Notes: a model not told the origin generated them from the letters alone. Shown: positions 47,590-55,979, numbered from the stretch's first letter. The stretch is DNA of 64,000 nt from a virus (IMGVR_UViG_3300017917_001353:38545-102544); one strand, 5' to 3'. Translations and numbers: made by a program.

Positions 47590-47813
47590 TGACTAGATAT
47601 TACTGTGTTAGAACTGACGAAGAAGGATATGGTTCTGAACCTTGTGATATTCTACTCGATCATGGACTCAAGAACCCGGATTTTAGGACCTATGTTCTCC
47701 GAAAAGAAAACTGGTCAGGGCGTTCCATTTGTCAAGTGTTAAACGATGCATATGAGGCAGGACGAGCAGAAGCCATGCGGGATCTTCGACGGTTTATCGG
47801 AGCAGAAAAATAA
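47589..47813 (+). CDS. hypothetical protein
   Basis: 74 aa. Confidence 0.3.
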   Translation: MTRYYCVRTDEEGYGSEPCDILLDHGLKNPDFRTYVLRKENWSGRSICQVLNDAYEAGRAEAMRDLRRFIGAEK

Positions 47814-48058
47814 TGCCTAACTACGCAGAATACTTTGAGAAGCACAGACCAAAGCCGGTATGGCATATAGGAGACCGTGTATCTGGCAAGTGGAACAAGA
47901 TTCCATTCATTGGTAGTGTAGGCAATGATAATATGGTCAACGAAACGGAAGGCCCTCGAGTAAGCGTACATCTCGACCTACCTATCAAATATAAAGACAA
48001 AGTCTATACCGTGGTCTTTGTCAAACAGAAAGACATTAAACGGTTAGTTGATTATTGA
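47813..48058 (+). CDS. hypothetical protein
   Basis: 81 aa. Confidence 0.3.
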   Translation: MPNYAEYFEKHRPKPVWHIGDRVSGKWNKIPFIGSVGNDNMVNETEGPRVSVHLDLPIKYKDKVYTVVFVKQKDIKRLVDY

Positions 48059-48196
48059 ATTAAACAATAATCCTCATAGGAATAATTATTGTAAAAACCT
48101 ATTAAAACGCTTGGTCCATAGCGTAAATATATGTACAATAACTATATGCAGAAATAGTTCTGCAGAAAATTTTCATTTTAACACACAGGAGAAATT

Positions 48197-48730
48197 ATGA
48201 AAACAGTTGGTGATAAGTTAGAAGCGTTTGCAGTAGTTGGTGTAAACCCAGGTAGTGATCAATTCTTTGACATTACAGAAAAGAGTTTCGAAGGCAAGTG
48301 GAAGGTAATCGTTTACTATCCAAAGGACTTCACATTCGTTTGTCCTACAGAAATTGTAGCCTACGACAAACTAGCAGGCGACTTCAAAGATCGCGATGCA
48401 GTGTTGTTAACTGGTAGCACAGACAATGAGTTCTGCAAACTTGCATGGCAGAAAGCACATCCTGATCTTGCTAAAATCACGCACGTTCAGTTCGCAGATA
48501 CACAGCGTGGTGAACTAAGCCTGATCAATCAACTAGGCGTGTTCTATGCTCCAGCAGGTGCCGCACTTCGCGCAACTTTCATTGTTGACCCTAACAACGA
48601 AATTCAGCACGTTACAGTCAACAACTTGAACGTTGGTCGTAGCCCAGAGGAAACACTTCGTGTTCTTGACGCTCTACAGACTGGCGAACTATGTGCATGT
48701 AACCGTGCAGTCGGTGGCGAGACTCTGTAA
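48197..48730 (+). CDS. peroxiredoxin (AhpC/TSA family)
   Basis: FTFVCPTEI peroxidatic Cys motif. 177 aa. RBS AGGAG. Confidence 0.8.
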   Translation: MKTVGDKLEAFAVVGVNPGSDQFFDITEKSFEGKWKVIVYYPKDFTFVCPTEIVAYDKLAGDFKDRDAVLLTGSTDNEFCKLAWQKAHPDLAKITHVQFADTQRGELSLINQLGVFYAPAGAALRATFIVDPNNEIQHVTVNNLNVGRSPEETLRVLDALQTGELCACNRAVGGETL

Positions 48731-49065
48731 TGAGATATCACGCACACATCTACTGGCAGAATGAAGACCAGAGGCGTGAAGCATTGAGCCTACGAGAGCC
48801 CCTTCGAGAGATGGGCTCTAAAGTAGGTTCAATACATGAAGACGCAATAGGTCCTCATCCTCATGCTATGTATCAAGTCAACTACAATAGCACTATTGCT
48901 AGAGAAGTTGAGGACTTGTTATACAAGGCAAAATTGCATATCTTGTTGCATGAGGACACCGGAGATGATGTGCGAGATCATACCAAGGGTGCTCGTTGGA
49001 TTGGTAGACCATTAGACTTAAACATCAAATGGCTTGAAGAATACGCAAGGAAGAAACATGCTTGA
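48730..49065 (+). CDS. small DOPA-dioxygenase-like (PF08883-like) protein
   Basis: YHAHIYW ... GPHP ... LHEDTGDDVRDH...ARWIG. Recalled family resemblance only. Confidence 0.3.
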   Translation: MRYHAHIYWQNEDQRREALSLREPLREMGSKVGSIHEDAIGPHPHAMYQVNYNSTIAREVEDLLYKAKLHILLHEDTGDDVRDHTKGARWIGRPLDLNIKWLEEYARKKHA

Positions 49066-49456
49066 TTGCCTTATTCTCGGCGACAGTATTGCAGTAGGCA
49101 CACATCAGCAAAGACCCGAATGCGTGGCTTATGCAAAAGGTGGTTGGAATACTTGGCAATGGAACCGAGATTATCTTAAAAATGATCTAACTGCTAAAAC
49201 AGTCATTATCAGTCTCGGTAGCAACGATCATCCTGGCGTTAGAACTAAGGCAGAGTTACAGCGTATAAGAGAAAAGGTAGGAACTGGTTCAAGAGTGTTC
49301 TGGATTCTACCTGCAATTAAACCTGATATTCAGGAGATTGTAAAACAAATGGCTAAAGACTACGGGGATACCGTTCTTCCAATTACAAAATTGCAAAAGG
49401 ACGGCGTCCATCCTAGTTGGGCCGGGTATAAAATATTAGCGGAGGGTACGAAATGA
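49058..49456 (+). CDS. SGNH/GDSL hydrolase
   Basis: LILGDSIAVG (GDS(I) block I) near the N-terminus. ...DGVHPS... C-terminal catalytic His block. Confidence 0.45.
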   Translation: MLDCLILGDSIAVGTHQQRPECVAYAKGGWNTWQWNRDYLKNDLTAKTVIISLGSNDHPGVRTKAELQRIREKVGTGSRVFWILPAIKPDIQEIVKQMAKDYGDTVLPITKLQKDGVHPSWAGYKILAEGTK

Positions 49457-49526
49457 ACTTTAGAGAACAGTTTGACTATTTAAAGAAGTGGCACTGCCCT
49501 TCTTGCAACACACACAAGGAAACAAA

Positions 49527-50069
49527 ATGACACAATGGGTAGATTTGGTTAAAGAGGCATTACCTGAATATGCCAAGGATACAAAGTTGAATCTAGATGC
49601 AGTGATCAAGCGTTCGACATTAGATCCGGTAGAAGCAGAAGCCTGCGCCTTGGCTGCTCTTGTAGCAACAGGCAATGGTAAGTTGCTTGCATGGGTCTTA
49701 GCAAACACAGACTTAAACATTAAGACAGACACAGTAGATAACATCAAGGAACGAGATGCTGCCATGACTGCCGCAAGCATTATGGCACAGAACAATGTAT
49801 GGTATCCGTTCGTTGAAATGGCAGAGGACGAACAACTCAAAGGTCTTCCTGCACAACTACGCATGAATGCTATCGCCAGCCACGGCGGAACAACTAAGGC
49901 TCGTTTCGAAGCCTATAGTTTGGCTGCTAGTATTGTTGGCAAGTGCCATTTCTGTGTAAAAGCACACTATGACACACTAAAGAAAGAAGGCTACACCGTA
50001 GAACAACTTCGTGATATCGGTCGTATTGCCGCAGTTATGAACAGTTTGGCTAAGGTTCTAAACAGTTAA
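49527..50069 (+). CDS. AhpD-like alkylhydroperoxidase (carboxymuconolactone decarboxylase family)
   Basis: GKCHFCVKAH gives the CxxCxxxH AhpD core motif. Same operon as the peroxiredoxin. Confidence 0.5.
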   Translation: MTQWVDLVKEALPEYAKDTKLNLDAVIKRSTLDPVEAEACALAALVATGNGKLLAWVLANTDLNIKTDTVDNIKERDAAMTAASIMAQNNVWYPFVEMAEDEQLKGLPAQLRMNAIASHGGTTKARFEAYSLAASIVGKCHFCVKAHYDTLKKEGYTVEQLRDIGRIAAVMNSLAKVLNS

Positions 50070-50631
50070 TAACTTCATCCCAGGACCAAGTATCTTTAAT
50101 GGTCCAACTGACGCTAGTCCTATTCTTGTTGTTATCCTTATTATTCACTCTATGTGGAGTCTGGGTATTGACAAGGATAGGACAGTCTTTTAATACATAC
50201 TGATCAACTAACTTTATAGGCGCACCAGGAACTACTCCTGTAATATTTGCGTCTCTTAAAAATACCAGATGCTTGGGATCTACTTCAAAAAACTCTGTCG
50301 GGCACAATTCGTCACAGCCGCTAATTGGGATGTTAATGCTCAATAGTCTCTTACCATTAATTCTTTCTCGTTCCGGCGGGCCGTTATCTAAATGAATCGG
50401 CGTCGATATCCCCGGTGGCATATCAAATACGAATATGTGCTTTGACAGGAACGGATACTTTGCCTGTAGTCGAACCATGAAGTCAAACTTCTCAGAGTCA
50501 TCAGTTTGAAGGACAGAAGAAATGAATAACTTCAATCTGATCGGCAATATTTTTTCCCAAAAAATTTCTTGTATGTCGTTGGCTAATTCAAATGCCTTAG
50601 CACTGGTTAAATGCTGATATCGTTTGTCCAT
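50050..50631 (-). CDS. cupin-type oxygenase-like protein (distant paralog of family A)
   Basis: PIHLDNGPPE...LSINIPISGCDELCPTEFFEV parallels HPHVDRSW...IYFPISGC..SEYYDLP. Confidence 0.4.
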   Translation of the reverse strand: MDKRYQHLTSAKAFELANDIQEIFWEKILPIRLKLFISSVLQTDDSEKFDFMVRLQAKYPFLSKHIFVFDMPPGISTPIHLDNGPPERERINGKRLLSINIPISGCDELCPTEFFEVDPKHLVFLRDANITGVVPGAPIKLVDQYVLKDCPILVNTQTPHRVNNKDNNKNRTSVSWTIKDTWSWDEVINCLEP

Positions 50632-50686
50632 AAAAATATTTATAGACCATTGACGTCACTTAAAATTTTCTATACAATAATTTCAT

Positions 50687-50759
50687 GCGCTAGTCCGCGT
50701 GGAGCGGCAGGAGCCTCTAAAACTCCCAACTGTGGGTTCGATTCCCATCTAGCGCACCA
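50687..50759 (+). tRNA. tRNA with anticodon CUA (amber-suppressor type), non-canonical D-arm
   Basis: Acceptor gcgctag/ctagcgc (7 bp), discriminator A, encoded CCA. T-arm gtggg-TTCGATT-cccat. Anticodon stem ggagc/actcc with a C.A closing pair and loop C-U-CUA-A-A. Only 1 nt between the acceptor and D stems. D-stem ccgc/gcgg with a 5-nt D-loop. 73 nt total. Confidence 0.6.
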
Positions 50760-50768
50760 AGGATTAAT

Positions 50769-50990
50769 ATGCCAAAGAAAAAACAAGCAAAAAAGTTTAA
50801 CTATGCAGTGGGCTTTTATTGGCCCGACGGTGAAGGTTCCGTAGGCTGTTATGCCTACGGCAGTGAAACATTCTTTGGCACAATGGAAGATGCTCGTAAC
50901 TTTCGCACTTACTGTCAAAATCAATCAGACAACAAGGGCAAAGATCGCCGAGAGTACAAAATTTTTCAACTGGTAGAGATTCCGGAATGA
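50769..50990 (+). CDS. hypothetical protein
   Basis: 73 aa ORF just downstream of the tRNA. Confidence 0.3.
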   Translation: MPKKKQAKKFNYAVGFYWPDGEGSVGCYAYGSETFFGTMEDARNFRTYCQNQSDNKGKDRREYKIFQLVEIPE

Positions 50991-51402
50991 TCCCTTATAC
51001 TGATCATGAATGTCGCCTTAAGTTAGATGAACTCTACGAAGGGCATAGTGTTGTTCTTCCTAAGAATATGGAACATGCTCGTTTCATGCTTCGTGTGGCA
51101 CAAATGTATATTGACCAACATCATAACGATCTTATTGATCTAATCAAAAATTCGGACAAAAAATGACTTTAGAAGAAGCAGTTAAGATTAGAGAAAGTTT
51201 AGAAGAACTAATCGCCGATCCAGAAATTGATTTTGGTCCTGCATATGAACATGTAAAACTTCGACAAGCAGAAGCACTACGCATAATCAAAAAAGAAATT
51301 AAGCGTCTAAAAGCAGAATAAATAGAATTGCGGGGATGGTCCCCGCAACCAACCGTCTTTAATTAACATGGCTTTAGACGGTAGCCAGTAAAAGGAAAGA
51401 AA

Positions 51403-52302
51403 ATGATGTATAATCAGAAATTGGTCGCCTCCATCAAAACAAAAGGCAAAATTCTCCGCGAATTTAAAGACACAGTCTATATTCCATTTGGCAGCGAATA
51501 TAGCATTCTACTAAAAAACCTCAATACAGTTCGAGCCGTTGTGAATGTTTTCATCGACGGTGAGAATGCCGTTCCCGGCGGACTAGTCATAGACCCAGGT
51601 CGGAGTGTCGACCTTGAGCGTTGGATTAAGAACGGCAACCTCACAGAAGGCAATCGTTTCAAGTTTATTGAACGCACTGCTAAAATTGAAGAAGGCCCTC
51701 GCGGCATCAAAGAAGAAGATGGATTGATCCGTGTAGAGTATCAGTTTGAACTTCCACGTCCTGTAATCAATATTAACCAAATTATTGGTAACAGTTTTCC
51801 GCAATATCCATCCGGTGTTCGTTCTAGCGAGTACCGGGGCATTGTTGACAAGTATAGCACCACAGGAGGTAACAGTTGGATCCAGGCCAGTGGTGCAACC
51901 TTCAGCCAAGTAAATGTTAACGGTGCTCTACGTGGTGTAGATTACAGTGCAAATGGTGCCGCAATGCAGGCTTCGGCCGCGGCTGCTATTGATAAAGTAG
52001 TACCACAATCTGCCGAATTGCATGATGGCATGGCTACAATGGACTGGTGTCAAAATGAAACAGGCATTACTGTTCCGGGTAGCAAGAGCACACAAAGTTT
52101 TCAGACTACTACGGTAGGTGCATTAGATCCTACAGTTCATAACATTGTGCTACGCATTGTAGGCGACCTTGGACATAACAAGCCTGTAGACAAGCCTGTT
52201 ACAGTTAAACATAAGCCTAAATGTGTAACCTGTGGCAAACAAAACAAAGCCCACGCCAAGTTCTGTACTGAGTGCGGCACGGCATTGGAAATATTTGCCT
52301 AA
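51403..52302 (+). CDS. hypothetical protein with C-terminal zinc ribbon
   Basis: 299 aa. C-terminal CVTCGK...CTECG (2x CxxC). RBS AAAGGAAAG. Confidence 0.35.
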   Translation: MMYNQKLVASIKTKGKILREFKDTVYIPFGSEYSILLKNLNTVRAVVNVFIDGENAVPGGLVIDPGRSVDLERWIKNGNLTEGNRFKFIERTAKIEEGPRGIKEEDGLIRVEYQFELPRPVININQIIGNSFPQYPSGVRSSEYRGIVDKYSTTGGNSWIQASGATFSQVNVNGALRGVDYSANGAAMQASAAAAIDKVVPQSAELHDGMATMDWCQNETGITVPGSKSTQSFQTTTVGALDPTVHNIVLRIVGDLGHNKPVDKPVTVKHKPKCVTCGKQNKAHAKFCTECGTALEIFA

Positions 52303-52304
52303 AA

Positions 52305-52323
52305 GTGTAATCATTTTGTAATC
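52305..52323 (+). promoter_or_regulatory. candidate Pho box (PhoB site) upstream of pstS
   Basis: gTGTAATCatttTGTAATC: two 7-bp direct repeats with 11-bp periodicity resembling the proteobacterial CTGTCAT-N4-CTGTCAT. TAAATA -10-like about 10 nt downstream. Confidence 0.35.
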
Positions 52324-52383
52324 TCTGCGTAGTTAAATAATTGTGTGCAGATGCACATTCACTTAACACACAAGGAGATTACA

Positions 52384-53367
52384 GTGAAAAAACTATTCGT
52401 GACACTACTGGCGGCAATAGCCGTTACAGCACAAGCACAAACCATTACCGGAGCGGGAGCAACATTCCCGGCTCCGGTTTATAGTAAGTGGGCCTCTGAT
52501 TATAACAAAGAAACAAAAGTACAAATTAATTATGGAAGTCTAGGATCTTCCGGCGGCATTAAACAGATGGAAGGCAAGACTGTAAACTTTGCCGCCACTG
52601 ACGATCCAATGAGCCAAGAGGACCTAACCAAGCGTGGATGGCATCAATTTCCTGCTGTCATCGGTGGAGTTGTTCTAGCAGTAAATTTTAAAAATTTTCA
52701 ACCAGGTGAAATTGTACTAGACGGCAAAACTGTAGCAGATATATTTGAAGGCAAGATTACAAACTGGAATGATCCTGCCATTAAGAAACTAAATCCTAAA
52801 CTTACATTTCCTGACCTAACAATTACTGCTATTGTTCGCAGTGACGGATCAGGTACTACCGCAGTCTTTACTAACTATCTAAGCCAAGTTAGTGAAAGTT
52901 TTAAAAAGAATGTAGGCGAAGGTAAAGCCATTGCTTGGAAGAATAAAAATGCTGCCGCCGGTAAAGGCAATGCAGGTGTTGCTGCCAATGTACAAAATAT
53001 TGCAGGTAGTATAGGCTACGTTGAATATGCGTTTGCCAAGCAAGGTAAGATGACCCATGTTGCCATGTTGAATAAAGGTAAGGTTGTGCAACCAGACGAT
53101 TCGACATTTAAACAGGCCGCCGATAGTGCCAATTGGTCTGTGCCCGGCATGGCTGTAAACTTAAACAATAGAGACGGATGGCCGATTACTGCCGCTACCT
53201 TTGTATTAGTTTACAAAGAAGGGCACGATAAGACAAAAGATGTGTTGAAATTCTTTGACTGGGCATTTACTAAAGGAGATCAGGCCGCATTAGATCTCGA
53301 TTATGTACCTTTACCGGATAAAGTAAAGGTACAGGTTAGGGCCGACTGGGCTAAGAATGTAAAATAA
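52384..53367 (+). CDS. pstS: phosphate ABC transporter periplasmic phosphate-binding protein PstS
   Basis: GTG start after RBS AAGGAG. Signal peptide MKKLFVTLLAAIAVTAQA. TGAGATFP...Y.KW, SDGSGTT and other PstS blocks. Confidence 0.85.
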   Translation: MKKLFVTLLAAIAVTAQAQTITGAGATFPAPVYSKWASDYNKETKVQINYGSLGSSGGIKQMEGKTVNFAATDDPMSQEDLTKRGWHQFPAVIGGVVLAVNFKNFQPGEIVLDGKTVADIFEGKITNWNDPAIKKLNPKLTFPDLTITAIVRSDGSGTTAVFTNYLSQVSESFKKNVGEGKAIAWKNKNAAAGKGNAGVAANVQNIAGSIGYVEYAFAKQGKMTHVAMLNKGKVVQPDDSTFKQAADSANWSVPGMAVNLNNRDGWPITAATFVLVYKEGHDKTKDVLKFFDWAFTKGDQAALDLDYVPLPDKVKVQVRADWAKNVK

Positions 53368-53371
53368 AAAT

Positions 53372-53397
53372 AAAGGGCTTTACTAGCCCTTTATTCT
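53372..53397. terminator. hairpin terminator
   Basis: aagggctttactagccctt hairpin between convergent genes. Confidence 0.5.
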
Positions 53398-53565
53398 TTA
53401 CCCCAATTAACTTTCAACCATAGTCGTTCATGTATGTAATGCACAATAGTCATCCATACATTAATTAAAATTGCTCCGCTTAGTCCTGTGAAATATGCAG
53501 TAACTAAAGTTGCTGTGATTCTCCAACTTGCGGCTCTTACTAATGTTCTCTTGTGTGTTTCCATA
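53395..53565 (-). CDS. small membrane protein
   Basis: 57 aa METHKRTLVRAASWRITATLVTAYFTGLSGAILINVWMTIVHYIHERLWLKVNWGKE. Not in the supplied track because it is under 60 aa. Confidence 0.3.
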
Positions 53566-53579
53566 TTTTACTCCAAAAT

Positions 53580-53610
53580 AAAAGCCCCTTTCGGGGCTTT
53601 GTTAATTTTT
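53580..53610. terminator. bidirectional hairpin terminator
   Basis: aaagcccctttcggggcttt followed by T-rich sequence. Confidence 0.55.
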
Positions 53611-54273
53611 CTTTCTAATTTCTGTTCGGTAATACTGTTTAGCAGTAAGAAGAACAGCACCTATTAATGGCAATACATTTTCTATAAAATCGTGTAATGG
53701 ATCAATGTGATTGTCAATGAATGGTTCGTGTACTATCATCTTTCCTGCTACTAGATATAGAACAAATGCACCTAAGTAAATTGTTCTGGGATATTTATCA
53801 AGTATGCGAGAAACTAGTGTGCTACCGAATAAGATGATTGGTACACTAACTAGAAGTCCAATAATGATTAGAATCCAGTTACCGTTTGCGGCACCAGCAA
53901 TAGCCAATGCATTATCAAGGCCCATAACTGCATCTGCCATTACGATTGTGCCCATTGCGCCCCAGAACGTTGTAGCAGCCTTAACATCATGTTCTTTATT
54001 GCCCTGTGTTAGTTTCCAAGCAATATAGATCAATGCAAGTCCGCCTACTAGACGCAGTCCGGGAATCATTAGCAGATAAGTTAGTGCAGCCACACAGGCA
54101 AACCGTACACCTACAGCACCGAAGGTACCCCAGAGTATAGCACGTCGACGCAGATGATCCGGTAGTTGTTTACTGGCCATAGCAATAACCAGTGCGTTTT
54201 CTCCACCTAGCACAACATCAATTAAGATAATGGCCAGCAGAGCCCATAAGAATTGTAAGGATAAAATTTCCAT
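53602..54273 (-). CDS. terC: TerC/Alx-family integral membrane protein
   Basis: Start moved to the internal Met (MEILSLQFLWALLAIILIDVVLGGENALVIAMA) typical of the TerC family. The track ORF extension to 54336 is riboswitch leader. Multiple TM helices with paired DN motifs. Confidence 0.7.
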   Translation of the reverse strand: MEILSLQFLWALLAIILIDVVLGGENALVIAMASKQLPDHLRRRAILWGTFGAVGVRFACVAALTYLLMIPGLRLVGGLALIYIAWKLTQGNKEHDVKAATTFWGAMGTIVMADAVMGLDNALAIAGAANGNWILIIIGLLVSVPIILFGSTLVSRILDKYPRTIYLGAFVLYLVAGKMIVHEPFIDNHIDPLHDFIENVLPLIGAVLLTAKQYYRTEIRKKN

Positions 54274-54417
54274 AATACTTCCGTTTACTTTATGGTCTTG
54301 TCCAGAACCCGTTTCCCGCACTGACCGGGTTTTCACCGTATTGACGATCAGTGTGCCTAGTGTTGCACTAGGGGACTACTCCCCACTGTGATATTTAGTC
54401 TCTTGACAATTTACCAT
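54274..54417 (-). promoter_or_regulatory. yybP-ykoY (manganese) riboswitch-like leader of terC
   Basis: Minus-strand leader contains ...CACAGUGGGGAGUAGUCCCC... (hallmark GGGGAGUAG), a CUAGUG/CACUAG hairpin, and GUCAAUACGGUGAAAACCCGGUCAGUGCGGG. It precedes a TerC gene, the classic yybP-ykoY context. A -10 TATAAT at 54424-29 on the minus strand. Confidence 0.5.
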
Positions 54418-54431
54418 TTTGGTATTATACT
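54403..54431 (+). promoter_or_regulatory. sigma70-like promoter TTGACA-17-TATACT (divergent from terC)
   Basis: TTGACA 54403-08, TATACT 54426-31. RBS AAAGGAG before the 54462 ATG. Confidence 0.5.
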
Positions 54432-54461
54432 GTAAGTACAGTAAATAGAAAGGAGCCCAAA

Positions 54462-54674
54462 ATGCCCAGAATTGAAAGACCCAATGTAGTTGCTTTCAAA
54501 GTTGTTCTAACTGAATATGAACGTGGCTGGGGCCAAAAGCACTGGGATACTTGGTACTTCGATAACGAAGAAGAAGCCCGGCAAGCCGCTATTGCCTACA
54601 ACAGAGAGCACAACAACAAAGATTATGTACCCGATTGGTATGTACGTGCTGATTATGTAGGTTCGGTAAGATAA
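54462..54674 (+). CDS. hypothetical protein
   Basis: 70 aa with promoter, RBS and terminator (acacaccc-ttcg-gggtgtgt at 54682-54701). Confidence 0.4.
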   Translation: MPRIERPNVVAFKVVLTEYERGWGQKHWDTWYFDNEEEARQAAIAYNREHNNKDYVPDWYVRADYVGSVR

Positions 54675-54762
54675 CCACTTTACACACCCTTCGGGGTGTG
54701 TTATACTAAATACATAGACAGCGATAGACGCTGTTCTAGACAAATATACAAAGGAGTTTTGT

Positions 54763-54966
54763 ATGTCAAAAGAAATTCGATCAGTTGAACAAATTGTTCA
54801 ATCTCTAATAAATCTACGCAATGAAATGGTTGCTTGCGGACGATCCGAAATAGCATTTAAAATCAACAGTTGCCTATTCAGCGAATATCCACATGCGCCT
54901 CATTCGGCAGCATGGCGCGAAAAATATGCCGCAGAAAATTGGATCAAAGGAGCGCAAAATGCCTAA
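54763..54966 (+). CDS. hypothetical protein
   Basis: 67 aa. RBS AAAGGAG. Confidence 0.3.
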   Translation: MSKEIRSVEQIVQSLINLRNEMVACGRSEIAFKINSCLFSEYPHAPHSAAWREKYAAENWIKGAQNA

Positions 54967-55978
54967 GCCTTATGGAACACTGGTCCTCGTCGGACGCTTT
55001 CAACCTCTGCACAATGCACACCTCGAGATCATCAAGCGATGCACTGCACTCACCGATCAATTGGTAATCATTGTAGGCAGTGCTAACCAACCTCGTACCT
55101 ACAAGAATCCATTTACGTTCGAAGAGCGCAAGAAGATGATCCTTGATGCTAGTCGCAACCTCAATCTGCGTGTCTATGTCGAACCTAACATTGACACCAT
55201 CTACAACGATCAAGCATGGGCAGTCCGTGTACAGGGGATTCACAGCAAGTATCGAATCCTCGGAACTAAGGACGGTATTATTGGGCACAAGAAAGACGAA
55301 TCTAGTTTCTACCTCGACATGTTCCCTCAATGGGAGTTTGTTGATGTAGAAGAAATTGAGCCCCTTGGTGCTACAGATATTCGAGAACTCTACTTCAAAC
55401 GTGATGCGAACATGCGCTTCATCCAGGGAGTTGTTCCTGAAACTGCATTTAACTTCTTAGAAGAATTTAAAAAGACTGACGCCTACGAGCAGGTTATTCG
55501 TGAGCGCGAGTTTATTGAGGCCTACAAAAAGCAATACGCAAGTCTGCCTTATCCGCCGATTTTCGTTACTGCTGACGCTGTAGTAATTCAAAGCGGCCAT
55601 GTGCTCATGATCAAGCGCCGCAGTGAGCCAGGAAAAGGTCTTTGGGCACTGCCCGGAGGTTTCGTTAACGCCAACACAGATAAGAGTGTAGAAGATGCCG
55701 CAATTAGAGAACTTAGAGAAGAAACAGGAATTAAAGTCCCTGCTCCTGTACTGCGTGGTAGTATTGTTCGCAGTAGGGTGTTTGATGCTGTTAACAGGAG
55801 TGCTAGGGGGCGTACCATTACCCACGCCTACTATATACAACTGCCCGACGGTGATCTGCCTAAAGTAAAAGGACAGGACGATGCCGAGAAGGCTCGCTGG
55901 GTTCCTATCGCCGAAGTTCGTAGTGAAGATTGTTTCGAAGATCACTACGAGATCATTCAACATTTCTTAGGAGCATAA
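54959..55978 (+). CDS. nadM: bifunctional NMN adenylyltransferase / Nudix hydrolase (NadM-Nudix)
   Basis: GTLVLVGRFQPLHNAH (NMNAT (H/T)xGH-type motif). C-terminal Nudix box GGFVNANTDKSVEDAAIRELREETGI. Confidence 0.8.
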   Translation: MPKPYGTLVLVGRFQPLHNAHLEIIKRCTALTDQLVIIVGSANQPRTYKNPFTFEERKKMILDASRNLNLRVYVEPNIDTIYNDQAWAVRVQGIHSKYRILGTKDGIIGHKKDESSFYLDMFPQWEFVDVEEIEPLGATDIRELYFKRDANMRFIQGVVPETAFNFLEEFKKTDAYEQVIREREFIEAYKKQYASLPYPPIFVTADAVVIQSGHVLMIKRRSEPGKGLWALPGGFVNANTDKSVEDAAIRELREETGIKVPAPVLRGSIVRSRVFDAVNRSARGRTITHAYYIQLPDGDLPKVKGQDDAEKARWVPIAEVRSEDCFEDHYEIIQHFLGA

Positions 55979-55979
55979 A

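Noticed and set aside
50687-50759. Pyrrolysine tRNA (PylT)
   Set aside because: It shares CUA, the 1-nt acceptor/D spacer and the 5-nt D-loop. However, it has a canonical TTCGATT T-loop, a 5-bp rather than 6-bp anticodon stem and a 4-5 nt variable loop, and no pyl genes are present. A generic amber-suppressor-type tRNA is more likely.
53602-54336. TerC ORF as given in the track (244 aa)
   Set aside because: The first 21 codons (MKTRSVRETGSGQDHKVNGSI) are hydrophilic, lack an RBS and coincide with conserved riboswitch elements. The internal Met with a GGAAG RBS gives the family-typical N-terminus.
54893-54958. N-terminal 22 codons of the NadM ORF in the track
   Set aside because: They overlap the preceding 67-aa gene out of frame. 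The ATG at 54959 follows an AAAGGAG RBS and starts directly at the conserved GRFQPLHNAH nucleotidyltransferase motif.
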